Assembly (NCBI GenBank): GCA_934099115.1 | Contig: CAKOPK010000001.1 | Location: forward strand, 17,682-81,681 | Length of the DNA stretch: 64,000 bases | Source of the DNA: an uncultured Bacilli bacterium | GTDB lineage: Bacteria; Bacillota_I; Bacilli_A; RF39; UBA660 | Direction: 5' to 3' | In this document: piece by piece, positions 56,305 through 64,000 of the stretch | Layout: each line of letters starts with the position of its first letter | Position numbering within the stretch: position 1 is the stretch's first letter | Notes under the pieces: model-generated | Seen by the model: the letters and a program-made list of their open reading frames with translations, nothing else | Databases searched by the model: none | Told to the model about the DNA's origin: nothing | Translations under genes and position numbers: made by a program

Positions 56305-56817
56305 GTGATAAGATTGAAAAAAATTATTATAGGCTTGTTTATTTTTACTTGCTTCATTTCCCTTTCTAAGAAAGAAGAAGGTCTTATTATTCCAGATACA
56401 TCTATTCGTTTTCGAGTGATTGCTAATAGTAATACAACGAAAGATCAAACAGAAAAGTTAATGATTAAAGATAAAATTGAAAAAGAAGTTTATGGTTTAA
56501 TTGAGGGAGCTAATAATACAGATGAAGTTCGTAGTTTAATTAAAAATAATATGGATACAATTAATGAAATTGTTAGTTCTTATGAAGTACCTTATAAAAT
56601 AAATTATGGAGATAATTATTTTCCTACTAAAAATTATAAAGGTGTTTTATATAAAGCAGGAAATTATGAATCTTTAGTAATTACGTTAGGAGAAGGTATG
56701 GGGGATAACTTCTGGTGTGTTTTATTTCCTCCTCTTTGCTTACTCGATAATGAACAAAATGATGTTAGTGATATTGAATATCAGTTTTATGTTAAAAAAT
56801 TATTTAAACAGTTCTAA
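56305..56817 (+). CDS. spoIIR: stage II sporulation protein R
   Basis: IRFRVIANSNTTKDQTEKLMIKDKI and FWCVLFPPLC motifs. GTG start as tracked. Confidence 0.85.
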   Translation: MIRLKKIIIGLFIFTCFISLSKKEEGLIIPDTSIRFRVIANSNTTKDQTEKLMIKDKIEKEVYGLIEGANNTDEVRSLIKNNMDTINEIVSSYEVPYKINYGDNYFPTKNYKGVLYKAGNYESLVITLGEGMGDNFWCVLFPPLCLLDNEQNDVSDIEYQFYVKKLFKQF

Positions 56818-56856
56818 AATAAAAGCTTTCTAATACAATTTTTTAGGAGGCTTTTT

Positions 56857-57384
56857 ATGCAACTATTAAGTGTCTTTTTAATAGGTATTGCTCTTTCTAT
56901 GGATACTTTTTCTTTATCTTTAAGTTTGGGCACTTTAATAGATTATAAATCTATATTTAAATTATCTTTTATTGTTGGTATTATGCATTTTATTATGCCT
57001 TTTCTAGGTTCTCTTATTGGAAATAAGATTATTGTTTTTTTGGAAATTTCTTGTGATTTTTTAATGGGTATTATTTTGGTTTTTATTGGTATTCAAATGC
57101 TTATTGATATTCTTCAGAAAGAAGAAAGTAACTTTCAATTAAGTACTCTGGGAATGTTTTTATTTGCTTTGGGAGTTAGTTTAGACAGCTTTTCTATAGG
57201 TTTTGGAATAAATGCAATTACTACTAACAAGTATCTTGCTATGATGATTTTTGCACTATGTAGCTTTTCTTTTACATTTCTTGGGGTATCTTTAGGTAAA
57301 TTTGCTAGTAAAATACTTGGGAGTATTGCTAATGTTATAGGTGCTATTATTCTAATTGTTTTGGGAATCATTCATGTTCTTTAA
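56857..57384 (+). CDS. MntP/YtaF-family (DUF204) membrane protein
   Basis: Two internal repeats with ALSMDTFSLSL and GVSLDSFSIGF, 6 TM helices. Confidence 0.75.
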   Translation: MQLLSVFLIGIALSMDTFSLSLSLGTLIDYKSIFKLSFIVGIMHFIMPFLGSLIGNKIIVFLEISCDFLMGIILVFIGIQMLIDILQKEESNFQLSTLGMFLFALGVSLDSFSIGFGINAITTNKYLAMMIFALCSFSFTFLGVSLGKFASKILGSIANVIGAIILIVLGIIHVL

Positions 57385-57563
57385 CTTTAGTTTAAAAATA
57401 TAGCATTTAAACGCCAGATTAACAAAAAATCTTTTATTATTACTATTTTTATCATGTTGTATTATTTTTGCTCTTTGGGGTTTAATAATTATTTTGACCC
57501 TTTATATGTTTTAATTAAGAGAAAAATACATAATGAAAATGTAAATAAAATTAGAGAAGAAAA

Positions 57564-57602
57564 TAGAAGAAAAAAGAAACAAATTAATTTTATTTTGTTT
57601 CT
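57564..57602 (-). terminator. rho-independent terminator of metG
   Basis: On the minus strand: AGAAACAAA-ATAAAATTA-TTTGTTTCT followed by TTTTTCTTC. The stop codon lies in the loop. Confidence 0.65.
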
Positions 57603-59119
57603 ATTCTTGCAAATAATATTTCAGGATTATTTAATTTTAAGTCTAATTCTAAAGCACCGAATTTGGCAATTGATTTGTATGAAGTTTCTTTTGTATTTAA
57701 TTGTTTTAATATTTTACTAGTTGTTGAAGGTACAAATGGTGTTAGTAAAATTGTACAGATACGAATACTTTCTAATAAGTTATATAATACAGTTTGTAGT
57801 CTTTCTGTTTTAGTTTCATCTTTAGCTAAAGTCCATGGTGTTGTATCATCAATATATTTATTACATTTTTTTAATACCTCCATGATTTCTTCAATAGCTT
57901 CATTTACTTTTAATTCATTCATGCGTTTATCTACAATAGCTTTTAGGGCTGTTACACTTGTGATTAAGTCTTTGTCTATTTCTTCTTCTACTTTAGGATT
58001 TGTGACAATTCCAGAGAAGTATTTATGAGACATACTGATAGTACGATTTACTAAATTTCCTAAATTGTTAGCTAAGTCTGTGTTAGTTCGAGAAATTAAA
58101 GCTTCTTCTGAGAAATTACCATCATTTCCAAAAGGCACTTCACGTAGAGCATAATATCTTACAGCATCTACGCCGTAAGCATTAATATATTCTCTTGGGT
58201 CTTTATAGTTTCCTAAAGATTTAGAAATTTTTCCTCCGTCTATTTTTAACCAACCATGGCCAAATACTTGTTTTGGAAGTGGTAAGTCTAAAGCCATTAA
58301 TAGGCATGGCCAAATAATGGTATGAAATCTTACTATTTCTTTTCCTACTATATGAAGGTCTGCTGGCCAATATTTTTGGAATTTTTCACTGTTAGTATCT
58401 GGATAACCTAAAGATGTAATATAGTTTGTTAAAGCATCTACCCAGACATATACTACATGTTTTGGGTCAAAATCTACTGGAATACCCCACGTAAAGCTTG
58501 TGCGAGAAACACATAAATCTTCTAATCCTGGTTTAATAAAATTATTTAACATTTCATTCTTGCGAGATAATGGTAAGATAAATTCGGGATTTTCATCATA
58601 GAATTTAATTAAGCGTTCTTGATATTTTGATAATTTAAAGAAATAGGCTTCTTCACTTACCATTTTAACATCTCGACCACAATCTGGACATTTACCGTCT
58701 ACTAGTTGTTGTTCTGTCCAAAAAGATTCACAAGGTACACAATATAAGCCTTTATATTCTCCTTTATAAATATCTCCTTGATCATATAGTCTTTTAAATA
58801 TTTTTTGTACTGCTTCTTCATGATTTTTATCTGTTGTTCTAATAAAATAATCATAAGATATATCAAGAGATTGCCATAAGTCTTTAGCATTGGCAATTAT
58901 TTTATCTACATATTCTTTTGGTGTTACTCCTGATTCATTCGCTTTCTTTTCAATTTTTTCACCATGTTCATCTGTTCCTGTTTGGAAAAATACATCATAG
59001 CCAGTTAGTCTTTTATATCTTGCTAGAGCATCAGCGATAATTGTTGTATAACAGTGGCCTATATGAAAATTAGCACTTGGATAATAAATTGGGGTTGTAA
59101 TATAATATTTTTCTTTCAT
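57590..59119 (-). CDS. metG: methionine--tRNA ligase (short form, no C-terminal tRNA-binding domain)
   Basis: PSANFHIGHCY, CPDCGRD zinc knuckle, and GGKISKSLGN (KMSKS) motifs. Confidence 0.95.
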   Translation of the reverse strand: MKEKYYITTPIYYPSANFHIGHCYTTIIADALARYKRLTGYDVFFQTGTDEHGEKIEKKANESGVTPKEYVDKIIANAKDLWQSLDISYDYFIRTTDKNHEEAVQKIFKRLYDQGDIYKGEYKGLYCVPCESFWTEQQLVDGKCPDCGRDVKMVSEEAYFFKLSKYQERLIKFYDENPEFILPLSRKNEMLNNFIKPGLEDLCVSRTSFTWGIPVDFDPKHVVYVWVDALTNYITSLGYPDTNSEKFQKYWPADLHIVGKEIVRFHTIIWPCLLMALDLPLPKQVFGHGWLKIDGGKISKSLGNYKDPREYINAYGVDAVRYYALREVPFGNDGNFSEEALISRTNTDLANNLGNLVNRTISMSHKYFSGIVTNPKVEEEIDKDLITSVTALKAIVDKRMNELKVNEAIEEIMEVLKKCNKYIDDTTPWTLAKDETKTERLQTVLYNLLESIRICTILLTPFVPSTTSKILKQLNTKETSYKSIAKFGALELDLKLNNPEILFARIETK

Positions 59120-59132
59120 TTTTTCACTCTTT

Positions 59133-59741
59133 CTATAATAATTCTTTTAATTCATATATTTCTTTAATAGTATCTTTACTCTTTTTATCTGTTATTTCTA
59201 TGGTTTTTATTCCTATATCTTTAGCTCCTTTTATATCTGTTTTATAAGAATCTCCAACCATTAAACATTCTATAGCTTTATGGTTTCCCATTGCTTTTTG
59301 AAAACTTTCTTTACTTGGTTTAATAAATTCATCTCCACCAATTATATCTATAAAATAATCTTTTATTTGGGCTTTTTCTAGTCTTTTTATTTGAGATGAT
59401 ATAAACCAGTTTGTTAATATTACTAATTCATATTTTTGGCTTAAATATTCTAGTAAATCAATTAATTTTTCATCTTTTTCACTCATATCTCCTAAATATT
59501 TTAACCATACTTTGATAACTTTTTCATCTATCTTTGTATTGGTTATTTTACTTAATAAATTAGCCATATTAGAAGTTTTATAAGCTTTATATTCTTCTTC
59601 ATATAAATCACATAGCTTATCAAAAGATTCATAATCTATATTTAAATTACATTCTTTTATAGTTTTGATTGCTGCTTCTTTGTATTCTTCTTTCCATGGC
59701 ATAAGTGTATTATCTAAATCAAATATTACTCTTTTAAGCAT
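59133..59741 (-). CDS. HAD-superfamily hydrolase
   Basis: VIFDLDNTL (DxDxT), LTN and GDSYKTDIKGAKDIG motifs. ATG 59741 lies behind AAAGGAGGA; the tracked start is TTG 59744. Confidence 0.75.
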   Translation of the reverse strand: MLKRVIFDLDNTLMPWKEEYKEAAIKTIKECNLNIDYESFDKLCDLYEEEYKAYKTSNMANLLSKITNTKIDEKVIKVWLKYLGDMSEKDEKLIDLLEYLSQKYELVILTNWFISSQIKRLEKAQIKDYFIDIIGGDEFIKPSKESFQKAMGNHKAIECLMVGDSYKTDIKGAKDIGIKTIEITDKKSKDTIKEIYELKELL

Positions 59742-59761
59742 CAAATTCCTCCTTTTTAAAG

Positions 59762-59965
59762 CAAATAAAAATCATAAACTAGGAACGAGTTTATACCCGC
59801 GGTACCATCCTAATTCACGATTTTTTCGCACACTTTGTATTCTTTAACGAGAATAAGTCGTTTAAACTCCAGAGTCATCTTCTATACTATATATTACCTA
59901 TTTCCATCAAACATAGGCTTTCTATTAATCATATAATATATACTCATTCCTTCAATGTTTAATTT
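59762..59965 (-). promoter_or_regulatory. T-box riboswitch leader, Met (AUG) specifier
   Basis: On the minus strand, the T-box sequence AATTAGGATGGTACCGCGGG lies at 59815-59796. Specifier-loop context is GAAG-AUG-AC, with AUG at 59878-59876. Terminator is ATAAACT-CGTTCCT-AGTTTAT followed by GATTTTTATTT. Confidence 0.85.
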
Positions 59966-59971
59966 GTACTC

Positions 59972-60000
59972 ATTATATAAATGTTTTTAGATGTTGTCAA
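59972..60000 (-). promoter_or_regulatory. consensus sigma-A promoter of the T-box/HAD/metG operon
   Basis: On the minus strand: TTGACA (60000-59995), 17 nt, TATAAT (59977-59972). Confidence 0.8.
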
Positions 60001-60002
60001 GA

Positions 60003-60518
60003 TTATATATCTAATTTATGAGATAAAATATTTGATACTAGTTTTCCTATATTATATTCATCTGTGAAGGGTTCTTTACTATTCATAATAACTAATCCAA
60101 TGGCATCATTTAAGGAAATAATTGGTATATAAATAAAGTTTCCTTCTAACTCTGTTTCATTTATTTTAAGTTTACTATTTTCTTCTTTCTTTGTTTCTCT
60201 TTCTTCTATAATTTTTATTAGTTTATCCGTTAATTTTGCTGCTTCTAATTCTTCTTTTAATATACTACTACATATTATTTTTTCATTATCTGTGATTATG
60301 ATTTTATAGTTAAAGATCGTATATACTAGTTCACAAAGATTTTTAGCCAATTCATTATTATTATTCATTCTATTATATTTTTTTAGAATAATATTGTTAT
60401 TTTCCGTAAATATTTCTACATTTTCGCCATCTCTTATTCCGAGATTTCTTCTTATTTCTTTTGGTATTACTATACGTCCTAATTCATCAATTCTTCTTAC
60501 AACTCCAGTTGATTTCAA
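60003..60518 (-). CDS. spoVT: stage V sporulation protein T (AbrB-type N-domain + GAF-like C-domain)
   Basis: MKSTGVVRRIDELGRIVIPKEIRRNLGIRDGENVEIF, 171 aa. Confidence 0.85.
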   Translation of the reverse strand: MKSTGVVRRIDELGRIVIPKEIRRNLGIRDGENVEIFTENNNIILKKYNRMNNNNELAKNLCELVYTIFNYKIIITDNEKIICSSILKEELEAAKLTDKLIKIIEERETKKEENSKLKINETELEGNFIYIPIISLNDAIGLVIMNSKEPFTDEYNIGKLVSNILSHKLDI

Positions 60519-60604
60519 AGGCTTACAACTCCATTCTGGTATTAATATGGTTTTGTTTATTATTTTTATACTTAATAATACGTATAGTAAAATTTGCCTA
60601 TTTG

Positions 60605-61660
60605 TTAATATTTAAGTTTATATTTTGGTTCTCTTAATTCACTTGTAGGTATAAATCCTGGGGTAGATGCGATAACATCTGGGATTCTATTTGCTATATC
60701 AGCACAAGTTAATTCTACTGTATTAGGTTTATTTATTGTCATTGTAGTATTTGGTTCACCAAAGATAGTCCATTCATTTTTATCAAAATCATCTTTACTA
60801 TATACTTTACCGATACATTCTGCTTCAATTGTAATTCCCTCTTTAGTTTCTAAGGTTGCTACTGCACTCATTCCAGTTGCATTATTACTTGGAATATCCA
60901 TTTTTAAAGTTTCACTATGAATGTCTTCATTACATGTTGTAGGTATACATTTGCTAGTTATTTTGGTTGGCGTTAAGTTTAATTTGTCTGCCAACCAACC
61001 AACAGTATTCCACATGTATGAGGGATAAAATTCTCTATTATTTATTAATTCTTCTCTTTCTTCATCACTCATGTTATCTGCTTTAGCAATTGTTTCGTTA
61101 AATTCTGTAATCGATAAACCGGCACCATGGGCTTTAGCAAGTGCAATACCATAATCTTCAACATTATAAGAAGAACTTCCTTTTATTTTTGTTATATTAT
61201 GGGTAGAAGCTGCAATATTGCTTATTAAATTACCCCAAAATATGTCTTGGTAACCACAACCTGTAATTGTAACATTATGAGATTTTGCTAAAACATCTAA
61301 TTCATGATATAACGTTGGATTACTGTTTTTAGGATAAAAGCATTCTTCAGAAGTTGTAATTACATTAACATCATTTATTATACATGTTCTAATATTTTCT
61401 TCTATGTCATTTAAAAAACTTAGAGTTGCTATAACTGCTATATCTGGTTTTATTTCTTTTAAAATAGTATCTAGTCTTGATAAATCGTTTACTTTAATAT
61501 TTTTAGCTTTTGTTTCCATTATGTCGCCTATATCTTTTCCAATTAGCTCTTCATTAATATCTACAGCGCCAACAATTAATCCTCCTAATTTTTCAATATA
61601 TCGCATGATATATTTACTCATTTTTCCACAGCCAATTTGTACTACTTTAATTTGTTTCAT
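60605..61660 (-). CDS. NAD(P)-binding DapB-N-like oxidoreductase (2,4-diaminopentanoate/amine-dehydrogenase-type architecture)
   Basis: N-terminal Rossmann fold [14 protein letters not shown], ~350 aa. AAGGAG RBS. The specific subfamily is an inference. Confidence 0.55.
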   Translation of the reverse strand: MKQIKVVQIGCGKMSKYIMRYIEKLGGLIVGAVDINEELIGKDIGDIMETKAKNIKVNDLSRLDTILKEIKPDIAVIATLSFLNDIEENIRTCIINDVNVITTSEECFYPKNSNPTLYHELDVLAKSHNVTITGCGYQDIFWGNLISNIAASTHNITKIKGSSSYNVEDYGIALAKAHGAGLSITEFNETIAKADNMSDEEREELINNREFYPSYMWNTVGWLADKLNLTPTKITSKCIPTTCNEDIHSETLKMDIPSNNATGMSAVATLETKEGITIEAECIGKVYSKDDFDKNEWTIFGEPNTTMTINKPNTVELTCADIANRIPDVIASTPGFIPTSELREPKYKLKY

Positions 61661-62561
61661 TTAAATCTACTCCTTCTTCTTTTATTATATCCGCAAATTC
61701 TATTTTGAATCGTTCTATTTCTTTTTTCTTAGCGTCTTCATATATGTTTTTAGCATTACATATTGCTTTATAAAAATGCTTTAAAGTTACTGTTTTTTTA
61801 TTATCATATAACGCATATGTAAAAGCATTTGATACAATTGCTAAACAGATATCTGGATAGCGACTTGCTATTTCATAAACTCTCTTATATTCGTCTGTCA
61901 TCTCCACTATAAAACGCATTATTTTTTCTTTAATGAAATCCGTATAAGTACAATTTACTCCCATTTGTTTTTCTAGTTTAGGTAGAGTTCCTAATAAAAT
62001 TTCTACAGTTGTATCTTTATCTGCTTCAGCAATTTCTATTTTAGTAAAACGTCTTAAGAAAGCTCTATCTCTTAAAATATATTGTTCATATTCTTCTGTA
62101 GTAGTTGCACCAATCATTTTAATAGTTCCACGGTCTAAACCTGCTTTTAACATGTTAGCAAAATCTAAGCCTCCAGTTTTATTTACTAAAAGATGAGTTT
62201 CATCGATAAATAATATTATATTATCTTTATCAGATATTTCTCTTACTAATAAATCAAATCGATTTTCAGTTTCCCCATTAATACTTGTATTTCCTATTAA
62301 ACTGCTTATATTTATCTTAATAATTTGATAATTTAATAAAGCATCTGGCACATAGCCTTTAATAATACGGTAGGCTAGTCCTTCTACAATAGCTGTTTTT
62401 CCTATTCCTGGTTTACCAACTAGTAAAGCACTCTTTTCTGGCGTTAATAACGTTAATATCATTTGTTTAATTTCTTGTTCTCTACCTATAGCGGGATCTG
62501 TTATATAATTTTTGGCTGTTAAATCTTCACCATAACGACTAAGCATACTAATTTCTTCCAT
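61647..62561 (-). CDS. stand-alone Clp/Hsp100 D1-like AAA+ ATPase
   Basis: [22 protein letters not shown], Walker A GKPGIGKT, Walker [31 protein letters not shown]. No N-domain and no D2. Start ATG 62561 lies behind a GAAAGGAAG RBS. Confidence 0.8.
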   Translation of the reverse strand: MEEISMLSRYGEDLTAKNYITDPAIGREQEIKQMILTLLTPEKSALLVGKPGIGKTAIVEGLAYRIIKGYVPDALLNYQIIKINISSLIGNTSINGETENRFDLLVREISDKDNIILFIDETHLLVNKTGGLDFANMLKAGLDRGTIKMIGATTTEEYEQYILRDRAFLRRFTKIEIAEADKDTTVEILLGTLPKLEKQMGVNCTYTDFIKEKIMRFIVEMTDEYKRVYEIASRYPDICLAIVSNAFTYALYDNKKTVTLKHFYKAICNAKNIYEDAKKKEIERFKIEFADIIKEEGVDLNETN

Positions 62562-63054
62562 AATTTTCTTCCTTTCCAATTTCCATTAATTCATTAAAAT
62601 TTGCATTTATAAAGTGTTCATTTCTAGTATCATAAGCAAATTCTATACTTTCATATTCTTTATTTAAAAACTCTGGTAAACTAATGATATCTATTAAAAA
62701 ATCATATAGAAAATACTCTTTGTTTTGATTTAAGTCTATTATAAATTGTTCTAATTCTTCTTTTCTAGTATAAGTACCTAAGATAATTTTTACTTTAATA
62801 AAATCATCATTGATAAGATATTTTAATATCTCTTTAACTGTTTTATCATAATCAGAACTTAAGTGGGCTAATAGGTGATGATTATAATTATCTTCAAAGA
62901 TAACTGCAAAACAACTAGCGAGAGCAAAAGTTCCAATTACTGGTTTTGATGGGGTTGATACTACAAATTGATGCATAACTGCTACAGTAGTTTCTTCTGT
63001 TTTAGCTATTTCTTCTTTATTTTTAGAATAATTTTTCTTTTCCATTTTTATCAT
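62548..63054 (-). CDS. hypothetical protein with CheD-like core pattern
   Basis: [35 protein letters not shown] parallels the CheD pattern (..V.T.ALGSCVAV...D....GGLAH). Similar length at 168 aa. Similarity judged by eye only. Confidence 0.45.
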   Translation of the reverse strand: MIKMEKKNYSKNKEEIAKTEETTVAVMHQFVVSTPSKPVIGTFALASCFAVIFEDNYNHHLLAHLSSDYDKTVKEILKYLINDDFIKVKIILGTYTRKEELEQFIIDLNQNKEYFLYDFLIDIISLPEFLNKEYESIEFAYDTRNEHFINANFNELMEIGKEENYGRN

Positions 63055-63217
63055 TTGTTTGTCACCTAGTTTCTAAGTTATTATATCATGTTAATTTAGA
63101 AACATAAAGATTTCTAAGAAAATTTTTTCTTTTTTACTTTTATTTTATAAATAAAAATCTACTTTTCATTTATAATAAATTATGATAGAATTAAATTATA
63201 TTAAGGATTGATAAAAT

Positions 63218-63511
63218 ATGAAAGTTAAAACTTTATTAAAAGTACTTTTTGTTGTTTGTATATTTTATTTTTATAATCAATTTATATATCATTTTGTTTT
63301 AAAAGTTGTTAATAAAGAGACTAAAACTGTTATTAAAGAGATGATTGGAGATAATACTTTTAAAGGAGCTCTTTATAATAAAGAACACAATTATATAGAA
63401 GTATATAGTAAAGATGATAGAAACGATTATTATACTTTTTATTTTAGACTAGATAATGGTTATTATAAATTAATGGATGTAAAAAAAGAAGTACCTATAT
63501 ATATAAAATAA
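63218..63511 (+). CDS. small membrane-anchored protein (97 aa)
   Basis: N-terminal TM helix, with an ATG preceded by an AT-rich region. Confidence 0.45.
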   Translation: MKVKTLLKVLFVVCIFYFYNQFIYHFVLKVVNKETKTVIKEMIGDNTFKGALYNKEHNYIEVYSKDDRNDYYTFYFRLDNGYYKLMDVKKEVPIYIK

Positions 63512-63513
63512 CT

Positions 63514-64000
63514 TTAGTTTGTTATTTTTTTGTTTTTAGATAATTCTTTATATATTTTTACTATTCTTATTAAAATTTCTTTATTATCTATTGTTAGTTC
63601 ATTAGATGCGATTAGAGTTGCTAACCCATTAGCATATAGCCAGACATGCATAAATAGTTCTTTTGCTTCATCAAAGCTTAGATTATGTTTATTTACTAAG
63701 TTGATAATTGTTGATTGGTTCCATTTTTCATTTAATACATCATTTACACTTTTCCAATTTAAATTGTTAGATAAGAACATAGAGCGGAAATAGTTTTTGT
63801 GCATACCAGCAAATTCTACGTAAGCTACACATACAGTTATTAAAGCATTTTTGCTATCTACACGACGCATAATAAATTCATCATACTCTTTTTTTATAAT
63901 ATCGTTTACATCCTTTTTCAAGTCATTTAAACTAGTATATAAACGATATATCGGTTTAGTTGATATACCTGCTTTATTTGCAAGTGACCTTGCATTAATA
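63514..64000 (-). CDS. TetR/AcrR-family regulator, N-terminus beyond window
   Basis: The frame stays open upstream of the tracked start to the window edge, reading ...INARSLANKAGISTKPIYRLYTSLNDL (TetR HTH). Confidence 0.8.
   Translation of the reverse strand, partial: INARSLANKAGISTKPIYRLYTSLNDLKKDVNDIIKKEYDEFIMRRVDSKNALITVCVAYVEFAGMHKNYFRSMFLSNNLNWKSVNDVLNEKWNQSTIINLVNKHNLSFDEAKELFMHVWLYANGLATLIASNELTIDNKEILIRIVKIYKELSKNKKITN

Noticed and set aside
1-64000. Search for CRISPR arrays, rRNA genes, additional tRNAs, and DnaA-box clusters near the mnmE/parB region.
   Set aside because: No regularly spaced direct repeats, no rRNA-like conserved stretches and no second cloverleaf were seen. Only isolated near-matches to TTATCCACA occur inside coding sequence.

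Overview
This is a 64-kb chromosomal window from a very AT-rich genome, roughly 28-30% GC by eye. It looks like an endospore-forming Bacillota-type organism, since spoIIR and spoVT are present and several B. subtilis-like gene neighbourhoods occur. The window is almost fully coding, mostly on the minus strand. Left to right it contains: (1) the 3' part of a P-type ATPase and a small zone of gene remnants; (2) the str operon rpsL-rpsG-fusA-tuf, then trxB-lgt; (3) a ~25-kb cell-envelope glycopolymer locus (10.9-35.3 kb). That locus holds an LtaS-like enzyme, two GtrA/GT2/GT-C modules, mnaA, tagA, tagO, a UbiA-type prenyltransferase, several GT2/GT4/GT32 enzymes, Wzy and Wzx, a frameshifted O-acyltransferase, and an IS110-family insertion. 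(4) cysS, secG, tRNA-His and a ligase-less LigD-like PE-Pol protein; (5) parB-like, rsmG, mnmG and mnmE, preceded by an orphan 807-aa polytopic/coiled-coil protein with a divergent XRE regulator; (6) rplM-rpsI, truA, two degenerate EcfA-like ORFs, rpmE and murA; (7) spoIIR, mntP/ytaF-like, a Met T-box controlling HAD-metG, and spoVT; (8) a three-gene overlapping operon (CheD-like / Clp-D1-like AAA+ / DapB-like oxidoreductase) and a partial TetR gene. I saw no rRNA and no CRISPR array. The most interesting signals are: the IS110 element, whose 5' non-coding RNA candidate carries 6-mers identical to both insertion flanks; catalytically degenerate but intact EcfA-like genes at the conserved ecfA-ecfA'-ecfT position; an str-operon EF-G with non-canonical guanine-recognition motifs (NKMC) plus an S12 Pro-to-Ile change; the CheD-like/AAA+/oxidoreductase operon; and a UbiA + GT-C module suggesting a polyprenyl-phospho-pentose donor. 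All functional calls rest on motif and architecture recognition by eye. No database search was run.
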